IMG/VR virus record: IMGVR_UViG_3300010413_002075
Location: 1 to 62,779 of that record
From: a virus
Taxonomy: Duplodnaviria; Caudoviricetes
Reading direction: 5' to 3' (one strand)
Length of the DNA stretch: 62,779 nt
Shown here: in pieces, positions 19,513 through 29,782 of the stretch
How positions within the stretch are numbered: the first letter of the stretch is position 1
How the letters are laid out: every line of letters starts with the position of its first letter
The notes under the pieces: generated by a model
The model's database searches: none
What the model saw: only the letters and a program-made list of their open reading frames with translations
Told to the model about the DNA's origin: nothing
Made by a program: the position numbers and the translations under genes

Positions 19513-22500
19513 TTACCCCACTTCTTCTAACGAATTTAATACTAGCATATGGTTCCCCTTATAAACATTGACTTTACAAAGGGCACGTATTGGCTTGCCA
19601 GTTACTATTTTGTCATTAACATACTTCCACATTTCTGGCCACACCTTCATAGTTGCACTATTTTGATTTTTATCTACCACAGTACAACTTCCATATACTT
19701 TTCCTTTATTCTTACCACTTTTGGTTTTAGGCTGTGTAACATTTTCTACTATAACCTCAACTCTTATTGGAGTGCCTTCAGCTAATTTCTTAAGCCTCTT
19801 TAATGGCGTACCTTTATTTGTGAAAAATCCTCCATATAAATCGTTGATATCTCCAGAAACATAATCGCCTAAAGTTTCTCCTTCTGCAATGAGTATGTCT
19901 CTTTTAGCCCACTCATTATCAAAATCATCTGTTGTGAATTCAAAATCATCCATAAGCTTCCAAGCATCCATGCCACTTTTAGCGTGTTTTTCGGCATGTT
20001 TGTTCGCCTTAGTACGAATATCTGCATAATATGTAAACGCAGCTTTTCTAGTGATACCGAAGCTATCAAAACATCCAGCTTTAGCCAATGGCTGTATAAC
20101 ATTCTTTCTTACCAAACTGGATTTAGTTCTATATAAGAAATCGGCAAATGATGTAAATGGATGTTCATTTCTGGTTTCTATAATATTCTGTACGGCCTTG
20201 ACGCCCACGCCTTTAACAGCTGCTAAGCCCATAATGATTGTTTTATCATTAGCTACTGTAAAATATTCGCCACTCTTATTAATGTCTGGAGCTACAATTT
20301 TTATTCCCATTCTAGCGGCTTCTTTTTTATACAATTTGATTTTTTCTTCACTAGAGGATTGTTTTTCAACTTCAGACTTCAGGGCAGCTGCCATGAAGGC
20401 TGCTGGATAATGATGCTTGTAATATGCCGTATGATAGCCATTCAAACTATAAAATATTCCATGTGGTTTATTGAACCCATAACCTTCAAATGGATCTACT
20501 ATTTCTTCCCAAATCTCTATGGCTTCTTTCTTATCCAATTTACTGTGCTCCATGGCACCTTTAATAAAGTTCACACGAAGCTTTTCGACCATTTCTGGAT
20601 GTTTGCCCTTATATTTGGTTAACTTTCGCAGCCCATCGGCCTCGTTTAAATCCCATCCAGCCACCACATTAGCGAACTTCATAAGTTGATCTTCATATAC
20701 ACATACACCTAATGTATCTTCAAACGCTTTCTGTACGCATGCATGCTTATGAGTTACTTTTTTGGTTCCATTCCTATAAGCTATATAGGCTTCTCTGGAT
20801 TTGACTGCCGAGGGTCTACCCAAGGCATTGACTAAACTTAGATCTTCTATATTTTGTGGTTGAATGCGCTTACATATATTACGCATGTGTGGAGAGCTAA
20901 CTTGAAACACACACATTGTGTGTCCTTTAGATATCATATTCCACACGCCCTTATCATCAAATGGAACTAATTCTGGGGTGTCAGGACAAGTACCGCCTAA
21001 TTTTTGTACATTATCAATAGTGCTATCAATAACCTTAAGATGTTCAAGCCCTAATAGGTCCATCTTAATTAAACCTTCTTCTTCACACCGTTCCTTTTCA
21101 TATTGTACCGAAACTGCTCCTTTCTTATCATAGCGTAATGGAACTAGTTCGCTTAAATCTCGGTCACTGACCACAATTCCCGCTGCATGAGTAGAAAATG
21201 TCTTTTCCAAACCAACAAGTTTTCGTCCATATTTTTCTAGATCTGGATAAGTAGAACAAAATTCTCTAAATTTCTCTGACTGGTGTAAGGCATCATCAAA
21301 GGTCTTGGCATCATCTGGTATTGAGTTAGTAATTTCATTAGCAATCTTAAATGCATCGCTTTTACTTCCACCCAATTGCAGAGATCTGGCCACATCCTTA
21401 ATTACTACCTTAGGTGTCATTGTAGATAAGTTCGAAACATGCGCAACACATCTTCTGCCATATCGATTTACAATATATTGCTCAACCCAATCTCTTCCAT
21501 CTGGAGAGAAATCGGTATCTATATCTGGGAAGGCTTTCTTATATATATTGATAAATCTTTCAAAAAGCAAGTCATATTGAAGTGGATCAACTTCATGGAT
21601 ATCCAACAAGTGTGCCACCAAACATCCGCCAACACTGCCTCGACCAGGACCAACTCTGATTCCTTGTTCTTTAGCTTTCATGATAAAGTCGGACGTAATC
21701 AAAAGATAAGAGCAAAAATTACGCAATTCAAGAACTTTGATTTCTTTAATCATGCGCTCTTTGTATATTTCTCTTTTTGCTTTTGGCAGGCGTGCAAACT
21801 TCTTTTTGAACGCTTTAATGCAGCGGTATCTTAAAAAGGCATGGTCTTCTTGTTCTGGAAGCTGCTTTTGCTTTTGTTTCCATTTTAGGAAATCCGAATA
21901 ATCTTTTTCTTGAGTAGCATCAAATTTAGGAAACTTGACTTCTTCGCTATCTAGATATACTGGCTCCTCACATTTATTCGCTATTTCAACAGAATTTTTA
22001 CATACTTCTAGGGCTAGCTTGCGATTGAATTTATCAGAAAAATATCCAATAACATCGCCAGCCGATTTCATATAAAATTCTTGAACTTCATATCTGTGTC
22101 TGTTAGTATCACTGAGCGGTTTCTTCTCATTGATTGCCATCAACATGTCGTGAATCTCGGCATCTTCTTTATCAAGATAATGCACGTCACAAGTAGCAAC
22201 CAATGGAATATCTAATTCTTTAGCAACATGTGTCAATTTTTTATTAATGTAAGATTGGTCTACTGTAATGATAGGCTCACCGTTAGCATCAAGTATGACC
22301 TTACTGGTTTTTCGATCCTTTTGGAAAACTTTCAAATCATGAGGTTGCACTTCTAGATACAAATCAGAGCCAAAAATTTCCTTTAATTGGCTTGCTATCT
22401 TTAATACTTGCACACAACAAGCTTCTTTGTCCCAAAGATTATCTTCATTAAGTTGAAACATTGCCTTGGACAATGGGCCTGTGCCACATGCCGTAAGACA

Positions 22501-22908
22501 TATTATGCCTTCTTTGTGTTCTTTTAAGATATTCCAATCTACTCTTGGGAATACTTTATCCAAAACTGGAACATACACATAATTAACATATCCCTTATAA
22601 TTTATTTGCAATAAATTACGGTATCCGATTTCGTTTTTAGCAAGCAATACAAGGTGACGCCGTTTTTCTTTAGGATCATCGAGGTCATTTACAAAATAAA
22701 CCTCACACCCTGGAATATATTTGACACCATGTTTCTTGGATGCTCGGCGTGCATCAAAAACTGCCGCCATAGTTCCATGATCAGTAATGGCTAAAGCTGG
22801 TTGCTTTAATTCTTTAGCGCGTGCAAACATGGCATCTACTGATGTCATCGCGTCTTGCATACTTCCTATGGATGTATGCGCATGCAAATGTACAAAACTG
22901 TCACTCAT
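19513..22908 (-). CDS. dnaE: DNA polymerase III alpha subunit
   Basis: PHP domain (HLHAHT, TDHG), GRGS, PDIDTDF, HAAG, KMDLLGL, YGFNKPH, C-terminal OB fold. Confidence 0.97.
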   Translation of the reverse strand: MSDSFVHLHAHTSIGSMQDAMTSVDAMFARAKELKQPALAITDHGTMAAVFDARRASKKHGVKYIPGCEVYFVNDLDDPKEKRRHLVLLAKNEIGYRNLLQINYKGYVNYVYVPVLDKVFPRVDWNILKEHKEGIICLTACGTGPLSKAMFQLNEDNLWDKEACCVQVLKIASQLKEIFGSDLYLEVQPHDLKVFQKDRKTSKVILDANGEPIITVDQSYINKKLTHVAKELDIPLVATCDVHYLDKEDAEIHDMLMAINEKKPLSDTNRHRYEVQEFYMKSAGDVIGYFSDKFNRKLALEVCKNSVEIANKCEEPVYLDSEEVKFPKFDATQEKDYSDFLKWKQKQKQLPEQEDHAFLRYRCIKAFKKKFARLPKAKREIYKERMIKEIKVLELRNFCSYLLITSDFIMKAKEQGIRVGPGRGSVGGCLVAHLLDIHEVDPLQYDLLFERFINIYKKAFPDIDTDFSPDGRDWVEQYIVNRYGRRCVAHVSNLSTMTPKVVIKDVARSLQLGGSKSDAFKIANEITNSIPDDAKTFDDALHQSEKFREFCSTYPDLEKYGRKLVGLEKTFSTHAAGIVVSDRDLSELVPLRYDKKGAVSVQYEKERCEEEGLIKMDLLGLEHLKVIDSTIDNVQKLGGTCPDTPELVPFDDKGVWNMISKGHTMCVFQVSSPHMRNICKRIQPQNIEDLSLVNALGRPSAVKSREAYIAYRNGTKKVTHKHACVQKAFEDTLGVCVYEDQLMKFANVVAGWDLNEADGLRKLTKYKGKHPEMVEKLRVNFIKGAMEHSKLDKKEAIEIWEEIVDPFEGYGFNKPHGIFYSLNGYHTAYYKHHYPAAFMAAALKSEVEKQSSSEEKIKLYKKEAARMGIKIVAPDINKSGEYFTVANDKTIIMGLAAVKGVGVKAVQNIIETRNEHPFTSFADFLYRTKSSLVRKNVIQPLAKAGCFDSFGITRKAAFTYYADIRTKANKHAEKHAKSGMDAWKLMDDFEFTTDDFDNEWAKRDILIAEGETLGDYVSGDINDLYGGFFTNKGTPLKRLKKLAEGTPIRVEVIVENVTQPKTKSGKNKGKVYGSCTVVDKNQNSATMKVWPEMWKYVNDKIVTGKPIRALCKVNVYKGNHMLVLNSLEEVG

Positions 22909-22909
22909 A

Positions 22910-23263
22910 TTACTTTCCTTGCTCTTCGATTACAACAGGCATATTTAATTTATTAGATATCCATTGTGCTAAACAATTTTCAAACTCTATTTTGCGTACT
23001 GCTTTGCTCAAATCTGTGTTAGCAAATTTTTTGGGCATTACAAATTTAATTACTTTTGCATTGAGGCGTCCTTCTATATGGTATCCCCCATTAGCATCAA
23101 TTCGTAACAAGCTAACTGATTTCAGCGGATATACTGGTTTTCCAAAGCCCTTAAAATATCCAGCTATATCTCTGTCAATTTGACATGGTAATGAATAAAA
23201 AAGTGAAAGACATTTGGAACATCCAGATTGTTTTATTTTTACTATATCCGCGAATTTAAGCAT
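22910..23263 (-). CDS. Hypothetical protein
   Basis: Likely start MLKF after AGGGGA. Confidence 0.6.
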   Translation of the reverse strand: MLKFADIVKIKQSGCSKCLSLFYSLPCQIDRDIAGYFKGFGKPVYPLKSVSLLRIDANGGYHIEGRLNAKVIKFVMPKKFANTDLSKAVRKIEFENCLAQWISNKLNMPVVIEEQGK

Positions 23264-23277
23264 ATCGTCCCCTTGTA

Positions 23278-23321
23278 ATAAAACGAGAGTGCAGATATAA
23301 AAAATATCATACACTCTCGTT
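23278..23321 (-). terminator. Hairpin / terminator
   Basis: AACGAGAGTG...CACTCTCGTT followed by TTATT. Confidence 0.6.
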
Positions 23322-23329
23322 ATGTTGTT

Positions 23330-23545
23330 TTACTTCACAAATACAGAAAGGCCAACATCCACGTCCCCAGTTTGATGGGATAATAGTGCCTTTAGCACAT
23401 CTCCCATATCATAATTGCCTGCGGTAATGGTATCAACGTCAGCCTCCAAAACCAACTTGACCCTTTCTGAATCTTTCGTCTTCTTTACCTGAAAGGTTGC
23501 TACCTTAAACCCTGTTACTGATTGCTTTGTTGCTTCTGTCGACAT
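23330..23545 (-). CDS. Small hypothetical protein
   Basis: Likely start MSTEAT; overlaps the tig 3' end. Confidence 0.6.
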   Translation of the reverse strand: MSTEATKQSVTGFKVATFQVKKTKDSERVKLVLEADVDTITAGNYDMGDVLKALLSHQTGDVDVGLSVFVK

Positions 23546-24824
23546 CTTCTTCCTCACTTTCCTGATTAGCATGGTCGATTATAAAATCTATGGTACTTGA
23601 CGTTTTCAAGACTCCCATAAAATTATCCATTTGTCCTGAGTTATACAAATTACTAACTAATTCATCTTTTGACATGTTGTTCTTTGCAGCATGTTCATTA
23701 AGCAATTTATTTAATTCTTCAGGAGTTACTTCTATAGCTTCTTCTTTTTCATAAATGGCATCTAATATTATTGCTCTCTTAACATTTTTCTCAGCTGCTT
23801 CAAGCAATGCATCCCTGCCTTGTTGTGGTAAATTTTGCAATTTATTCTTACCTAACATTCTCAACATTTCTTTTTCAACCATAGACTTAGGAGCTTCGAA
23901 CGAATTAAGCTCTAATAGTTTAGCTGTAATTTGGCCATCTAAAAGGAATCTGTCATGCAATCTGCGCTCTTTAGATGTTTCGGCTCTAACATGATTTTCT
24001 AATTCTTCTACAGACTCATAACCAACCATCATTGCTAAATCTTCATTGACTTCCGCCAATTTAGTTTCTACTATACTGTGTACAGTAATAGCAAACTTAG
24101 CTTCTTTTCCGGCCAAATGACTCGCTCTATATTCTTTTGGAAATGTGACAACAATGTTTTTATTTTCTCCAGCTTTCATGCCAACGATTTGGTCTTCGAA
24201 TCCTGGTATAAAGTTGCCTTTGCCCAAATTGTCTACAGAAAATCCTTGAGCAGCTCCTCCGTCAAATGGTTTACCATCAACATATCCTATAAAATCCATA
24301 ACTAATGAGTCGCCAAATTTAGCTCCACGATCAGTTATCTGTCTTTTTTCAGCGAATTGTTCTTGATATTTAGACATCATGGCATTAAACAATTCTTCTT
24401 CATCATGCTGTGGGAAATCTAATTGTAGATTGTCATATCCAATAGGATCAAGTTTTGGTAAAACCTCAACCGTAAAATCAACTGAATATGAGTTATCGAA
24501 TCCAAATTTACCCGGATACTCGTCTCCAGTCTTCATGTCAGAAACAATCGGATTACCTACAGGGTTTATTTCACTATCTTTGAGAGCTTTAGCGTAATAT
24601 TCTCCGATAATCATTTGTGTGACTGACGGTCTAGCTTTTTGGCCAAAAAATTGTTTGATTCTTTGTACAGGCGCCTTGCCTTTTCTGAATCCTGGAACCT
24701 GCACTTGATTTTTGATGCTGTTAAAAAATTCATCGAATTTCTTATCAACTACTTCTGACGGGACATTAATTGAAACTTTATACTCGGTTTCACTTAATGC
24801 TTCAACTTTCACTGTATCTTCCAT
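23505..24824 (-). CDS. tig: Trigger factor
   Basis: Ribosome-binding signature PGFRKGKAP; FKBP domain DF.G..DG.PF.GG, FIPGFE, VTFP..Y....LAGK. Confidence 0.95.
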   Translation of the reverse strand: MEDTVKVEALSETEYKVSINVPSEVVDKKFDEFFNSIKNQVQVPGFRKGKAPVQRIKQFFGQKARPSVTQMIIGEYYAKALKDSEINPVGNPIVSDMKTGDEYPGKFGFDNSYSVDFTVEVLPKLDPIGYDNLQLDFPQHDEEELFNAMMSKYQEQFAEKRQITDRGAKFGDSLVMDFIGYVDGKPFDGGAAQGFSVDNLGKGNFIPGFEDQIVGMKAGENKNIVVTFPKEYRASHLAGKEAKFAITVHSIVETKLAEVNEDLAMMVGYESVEELENHVRAETSKERRLHDRFLLDGQITAKLLELNSFEAPKSMVEKEMLRMLGKNKLQNLPQQGRDALLEAAEKNVKRAIILDAIYEKEEAIEVTPEELNKLLNEHAAKNNMSKDELVSNLYNSGQMDNFMGVLKTSSTIDFIIDHANQESEEEDVDRSNKAISNRV

Positions 24825-24826
24825 GC

Positions 24827-25576
24827 TTACCTCTTAAGTTTTTGCATAAATTCTTCTCTATAACGATCGAGCTGTTTTTCAAATGCTGATCCTCTCATAC
24901 CATCTGCTAAATCTTCTTCTGCTTTTTTAATTTCATCATCATCTAAGGTGTATTTGTCATTTCTATAAAGTAGTTCTTTGAGTTTATCTGTCCATATTTT
25001 GGCAATAACATCAAAATCAGGTGCCAATTTGGATATCAATCTATCATCATAAAGTGTATCAACTACTACCATATTTTCTGGAATATTGAGTCCTTGATAA
25101 TATGCCAATACAGCATCTTTAAGCGCCCATCTAGTCAAATCATTTTGAGATGGGAAATGTTTGCTTTCTACTTTGGCTTTTTCGTCAGCAACTTCTTGCC
25201 CTAGCACAGCCATTAAATTGCCAAATCTAGGTTTTAGTTCTTCTTCTCTTTTTGGATCAATAATTGGCTCTGGTTTAATTTCTGGTAGTTGTATTGATAC
25301 TTCTTCTAATGCCTTTTTGCATTCCAAGCAATCATTATAAGTAGAATTTTTTGATAAGCCACGATGTCTTAGATCATGTATAATAGCTATAATTTGCCTT
25401 GTTGAATATAGGTACTTAAAATTATGTGCCAGAAATTTACGTTCAGCCGCTATTTGATCTAATAAATATTGGCGTTTAATTCCTTTTTTATGTAAATCAA
25501 ATTCGTGCCTTACAATTGCTTTACGAGCAGCAATTTTTTGATTTAAGATTAGAAGTTTTAGATGAAGTTTATACAT
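24827..25576 (-). CDS. Hypothetical protein
   Basis: 249-aa ORF in operon. Confidence 0.65.
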   Translation of the reverse strand: MYKLHLKLLILNQKIAARKAIVRHEFDLHKKGIKRQYLLDQIAAERKFLAHNFKYLYSTRQIIAIIHDLRHRGLSKNSTYNDCLECKKALEEVSIQLPEIKPEPIIDPKREEELKPRFGNLMAVLGQEVADEKAKVESKHFPSQNDLTRWALKDAVLAYYQGLNIPENMVVVDTLYDDRLISKLAPDFDVIAKIWTDKLKELLYRNDKYTLDDDEIKKAEEDLADGMRGSAFEKQLDRYREEFMQKLKR

Positions 25577-25581
25577 TTACA

Positions 25582-26412
25582 TTACCTATTGAATAATTCT
25601 CTAACCAATTTGTTGTTGGCCAATTCCTTCAATTTCATATTGGCGCCAGCTCCAGATAATCCTACTTCTTCGGCTGCTGCCTTTATAGAATAATCTTGAA
25701 AATAAATAAGCTCAAGAATTTTTACTACACGAGGATCTTCATTTTCTAACCATTTACGCATATCGTGCATAAAAATTACACTTTCATCTATGCATTCGGC
25801 TTCATCTCCTATAATAGGATCTTGATAATCTGGCATATTCTCATAAAGCCCGCCAGGACGAAGCATAGATTCACTTACTTCTGGAATAGTCATGGGCATT
25901 TTCTTAGTATTATCATCAATAACTCGGCCGCACTCATGACACTTTATTTCATAAAATTCACCTAATTTATGAATAAAGGAATGACCACAATCACATTGCA
26001 CATTAAATACTCCAACTTTAAGATATGTGGCATTTTTAGAAATTCTACTTCTGTTACGTATCTCATTAATCAATCTACGATTAACGCGCATTTCAATGAA
26101 TGTTGATAATTTAGTATCTTTATGTGGATCATACTTTGGTATGCCTTCTAATATATGTACTATTATATCTTGCCTGGTGTCCTCAAATAAATTACCATTA
26201 AAATGATATCTGTTTGCTAGTTTGTGGATTAGCGGCTTTAGCTTTTCGATAACTTCTTTATAGCCTATTCCGGTCCTAGTGTCAACATATATTTTTGAAT
26301 CATACAATGTTACCGTACCAGCAAATCCAGAACATTCTCCGGTTTCTTCATCAATGAAATACCTAAAATCTTCATGAGATTGAGTGTTCTTCTTACTGTT
26401 AATGGTTTTCAT
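25582..26412 (-). CDS. Sigma70-family RNA polymerase sigma factor with Zn-ribbon insert
   Basis: Region 2 (LIHKLANRY...EDTRQD...KYDP....KLSTF), CDCG...CHECG, region 4 HTH. Confidence 0.8.
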   Translation of the reverse strand: MKTINSKKNTQSHEDFRYFIDEETGECSGFAGTVTLYDSKIYVDTRTGIGYKEVIEKLKPLIHKLANRYHFNGNLFEDTRQDIIVHILEGIPKYDPHKDTKLSTFIEMRVNRRLINEIRNRSRISKNATYLKVGVFNVQCDCGHSFIHKLGEFYEIKCHECGRVIDDNTKKMPMTIPEVSESMLRPGGLYENMPDYQDPIIGDEAECIDESVIFMHDMRKWLENEDPRVVKILELIYFQDYSIKAAAEEVGLSGAGANMKLKELANNKLVRELFNR

Positions 26413-26420
26413 TTTGGCTC

Positions 26421-27215
26421 CTACCAGGCTTTTTGGGCCGGACAAATTTCTTTAAAATCACACCAATTACAGAGTCTAGTTGGAATCGGAGTCCATACAT
26501 CTTCGGCTCTTATTTTGTCAGCATAAGCTATAAGTTCTTTCTCTATTTTATCTACATCCTCAATTGTAAAATCATAACTCTTGAATCTAGAATCATGCCT
26601 CAACAAAACATAAGACCCACGAAATGATTCTATGTCTGGATATTCACGTCGTAACCATAATCCATAAACTAACAATTGGAAATCATCCATATACTGAACA
26701 TTCTTAGTGGTTTTATAGTCAATGATATGGAACCGTCCATCTTTCATTATATCAACACGATCCAAAAATCCTCTGATTAAGACTCTATCGTTGATATTGA
26801 ATTTAAAAGATGTTTCGACGCCTTGTACTTCTGGAAGCCCTTCTTTTTTGAGCATTCCAAGATATCCCATTTTTTGATTACCGTCTTGATCGGTATATTT
26901 AATGCTCAATAAATCTTTAGCTTCCTGTATTAAATCATCTGACATTTTTGGAAATGCCTTGCGAGCCTTAGCAAAAGATTTTCCCATTAGCTTGGCGTAA
27001 TCTTTCTTTTCTACTTTTTGTTTCATGCATGTTTCATGAAAAAACTCTAAAGTTTTGTGACACAGATTTCCTAAGTCAAAATGTGCCCATTCCTTTTTAG
27101 GTGCTTTCTCAATATAATTGAAAAAGTATTTTCTGGGACATTGTTCGTAGGTTTTTACAGAGCTTGCTGAAAGTTTTATCAGTTGTGTCCCTCTGTCTTG
27201 TTTGTTAATTGTCAT
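26421..27215 (-). CDS. PD-(D/E)XK nuclease, RecB/Cas4-like with probable Fe-S cysteines
   Basis: LSASS...CPRKY, GFLDRVD, IIDYKT, QL.VY, CNWC.....C. Confidence 0.9.
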   Translation of the reverse strand: MTINKQDRGTQLIKLSASSVKTYEQCPRKYFFNYIEKAPKKEWAHFDLGNLCHKTLEFFHETCMKQKVEKKDYAKLMGKSFAKARKAFPKMSDDLIQEAKDLLSIKYTDQDGNQKMGYLGMLKKEGLPEVQGVETSFKFNINDRVLIRGFLDRVDIMKDGRFHIIDYKTTKNVQYMDDFQLLVYGLWLRREYPDIESFRGSYVLLRHDSRFKSYDFTIEDVDKIEKELIAYADKIRAEDVWTPIPTRLCNWCDFKEICPAQKAW

Positions 27216-27225
27216 TAGCTATCCT

Positions 27226-28119
27226 TTATATACTTGACTGTCTGCCTCGATAAATCCATTCAAATACTAGAGGTTGGCCAACAGCCTGTACTCCAATATT
27301 GTTGGTATTTCGAATATTTGTTGGAAGTTCCTGTATATTTTTAACATACCTCCCTTCATTATGATCAAAATAATATGATACCATAACTCTATTTTTAGCG
27401 TCGTAGAATCTTCTGACAAATCCTCCACTAACATATGTGGCGTCATCAGCTGGTTCTCTAATTCGTTTTCCACCAAATTCTTTGTATGGATCATGTAATC
27501 CACCAAATGGTCTTAGTGTAATTTGAATATCGTTGTCTTTACGATTGTCAATTAAAATCATTCTAGCATTTGGATTGAAAAGTTCGCCTATTTCAGGTGT
27601 TGAAAATGGCGTAAATCCATCATCTACAAATGATGCTGTTGATCCTGGTTCTGGAATACCAACTTCTATTTGAGTTCCTTCAGCAATTCCCTCAAAGCCA
27701 CGATCTCTTCGTAAGATATCTAGTGTTTCAAGATCTACGTCTATGAATCTAGCTGGCGCACCATCTGCATCATACCAATCAGGAATATCATCTCCAGTAT
27801 CAGCCCTGTTTAATATAAACCCTTCTCCTCCGACATGTCTACTAACTGTAACCCTACTTACATCTGGCGCGAATACTTGGGTAAGCACAGGACCAGGAAC
27901 GTCATTTCCATCAACACCAAATGCGCTTAAAATAACCGAATTGACACCAGTAGGCATTTCAAACTCACCAGTATAGATGGGTGAATTTGTAGTTGGCGTA
28001 GTGCCATCGATAGTGAAGTATATTGTTGCTGGTATATTGGAAGTAATAGTCACAGTCTCAGGTATACCTGAAACAATTTCTATTTCGGATCCTGTGAAGG
28101 TAAGGGTTACAACCGCCAT
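27226..28119 (-). CDS. Protein with chitobiase/Fn3-like domain, probably virion-associated
   Basis: ATIYFTIDGTTPTTNSPIYTG motif. Confidence 0.65.
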   Translation of the reverse strand: MAVVTLTFTGSEIEIVSGIPETVTITSNIPATIYFTIDGTTPTTNSPIYTGEFEMPTGVNSVILSAFGVDGNDVPGPVLTQVFAPDVSRVTVSRHVGGEGFILNRADTGDDIPDWYDADGAPARFIDVDLETLDILRRDRGFEGIAEGTQIEVGIPEPGSTASFVDDGFTPFSTPEIGELFNPNARMILIDNRKDNDIQITLRPFGGLHDPYKEFGGKRIREPADDATYVSGGFVRRFYDAKNRVMVSYYFDHNEGRYVKNIQELPTNIRNTNNIGVQAVGQPLVFEWIYRGRQSSI

Positions 28120-28128
28120 TATTTGTCC

Positions 28129-28497
28129 TTAAGAGACAGAAGGAATATCTTTGTTATACGAAACCAGTCTTAAGAATCTTTCTCCTTGTTTGTTTTGTCC
28201 CTTTTTAATATATTCTCGTTGTATTTGATGAGCAAGTATTCTAAACATAGATGCTAATTGGTAATAAATAAGTCTTAATTCCTTGCTACTTTTATCTTCA
28301 TCTTTGGTACTTCGTGCTTTTTCTAACATGGTTTCGTACATGTCCATTAACATCTCATCCATGTCTTCAATATTTTGCATAGTAACCAAAGATTTATTTA
28401 GCATTCTGGCATATGTTTCTTCGTCGCCATATTCCATAATGCCCTTAATCAGCGTTTCTATTTCGTCATTTTTTAAGACGTAGGGTTTGCGTTCCAT
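28129..28497 (-). CDS. Hypothetical protein
   Basis: 122-aa ORF. Confidence 0.6.
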   Translation of the reverse strand: MERKPYVLKNDEIETLIKGIMEYGDEETYARMLNKSLVTMQNIEDMDEMLMDMYETMLEKARSTKDEDKSSKELRLIYYQLASMFRILAHQIQREYIKKGQNKQGERFLRLVSYNKDIPSVS

Positions 28498-29102
28498 TGC
28501 TTAATCATCTTCCGTAATTGTTTTAATGCATCATTAAAATCAAATGCTCTATAAATTCTAAATCTATCTACTTGACTCCCATTATATCCTCTATTCATAA
28601 GAATAGTATGAATTCCTTCTTTGGATGCGTCGAGTGCCGTAGACATCTTATCTTCTATCATTACAGAAATTCCCTGCATCTTACAAAATGGCACTTTGTC
28701 ATGTGCGAAAAATAATCGATCAGCCGGGATTCCATGTTTAGCTAACCAATTATAAGTGTTGTTTTTTATCCTATCTCTTGTCTCTGGAGGAAATTTTTGA
28801 TTCCAATCGCCAATACGGGCAGTTACTATAAACACATTACATGTATTCATAAGTTCCTTGACGAATTCTTCTGCTCCATCAAAAATAGGTAATTGTTCGA
28901 AGCCATCTTGTTCTATCCATTCACGACTCGCCTTATCGAAATCTATTCGATCTACGCCGTGACCCCAATCATCAAATGGATAGCTAGCAGGCTCTACATT
29001 AGTATCTAATGTACAACCATAATTATCGTTCAGATAACTTGCAAACCCTTTGTAAAAGTTTGCTATAACGCCATCCATATCTAACAACACTCTAAGCTTC
29101 AT
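28473..29102 (-). CDS. HAD-family 5'(3')-deoxyribonucleotidase-like protein
   Basis: DMDGV, VTAR, K, IED motifs. Confidence 0.85.
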   Translation of the reverse strand: MKLRVLLDMDGVIANFYKGFASYLNDNYGCTLDTNVEPASYPFDDWGHGVDRIDFDKASREWIEQDGFEQLPIFDGAEEFVKELMNTCNVFIVTARIGDWNQKFPPETRDRIKNNTYNWLAKHGIPADRLFFAHDKVPFCKMQGISVMIEDKMSTALDASKEGIHTILMNRGYNGSQVDRFRIYRAFDFNDALKQLRKMIKQWNANPTS

Positions 29103-29103
29103 T

Positions 29104-29751
29104 TTAAATACCTTTCTGCCTTACTTCAAATTGGTCGATATACAGATGCACGTTACTTTTGAGCATTGGCTCATTCCATATATCAGTAATATCTTCCATA
29201 AAGAAGAATCTATCTAAGTATTGATAAAACTCATATAGACCTCTTCTATCGTTTTGAATGCAGCGCAAATCATACTTAGAAGAAGGACTCATACAATTTG
29301 CCACCATATCTTCGGGCAGTTTTGAGCCAGCAAGGCATTTGTCCTCATCGAACTCGGCTATTGAACTGCGCCTGACCCAATATACACGTTTAAGACGGGC
29401 CTCCATGTGTAGAAAGGCAGAAAATTCTTCAGGCGTTCTAATATCAGTAATAATTATAGAATCCTCGTCGTTTTCTGCTTTGTCTATCACTTTTTTTATG
29501 AAGTACTTAGGATCATTCTTCTTTTTTTCTGCACTAAATGTCCAGAGTCTTTTCCTAAGTTCTTCAATGTTTCCGGCTATTTTGGCTGCTTCAAAATCAG
29601 CCTTACTTATCCCGAATTCTTCTTTGATTTGGTCGGCAAATGCCATTTGTTTGAAACCCCGTGTTTCTATTAAGAAATTTGCCACGGAGTCTTTGCCGGT
29701 TCGCATGGCGCCAACCAAACCAAAAGCTCTTTTGAAAGGAAAACCTATCAT
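29104..29751 (-). CDS. Deoxynucleoside monophosphate kinase
   Basis: GAMRTGKD, FAD.IK, TDIR...E. Confidence 0.8.
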   Translation of the reverse strand: MIGFPFKRAFGLVGAMRTGKDSVANFLIETRGFKQMAFADQIKEEFGISKADFEAAKIAGNIEELRKRLWTFSAEKKKNDPKYFIKKVIDKAENDEDSIIITDIRTPEEFSAFLHMEARLKRVYWVRRSSIAEFDEDKCLAGSKLPEDMVANCMSPSSKYDLRCIQNDRRGLYEFYQYLDRFFFMEDITDIWNEPMLKSNVHLYIDQFEVRQKGI

Positions 29752-29782
29752 TATAAGTCCTTTTTATTAATAGATAAAAGGG

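Noticed and set aside
26421-27215. Cas4 as evidence of a CRISPR-Cas system
   Set aside because: Stand-alone Cas4/RecB-like nucleases are common in phages; no cas1/cas2 or array is seen.
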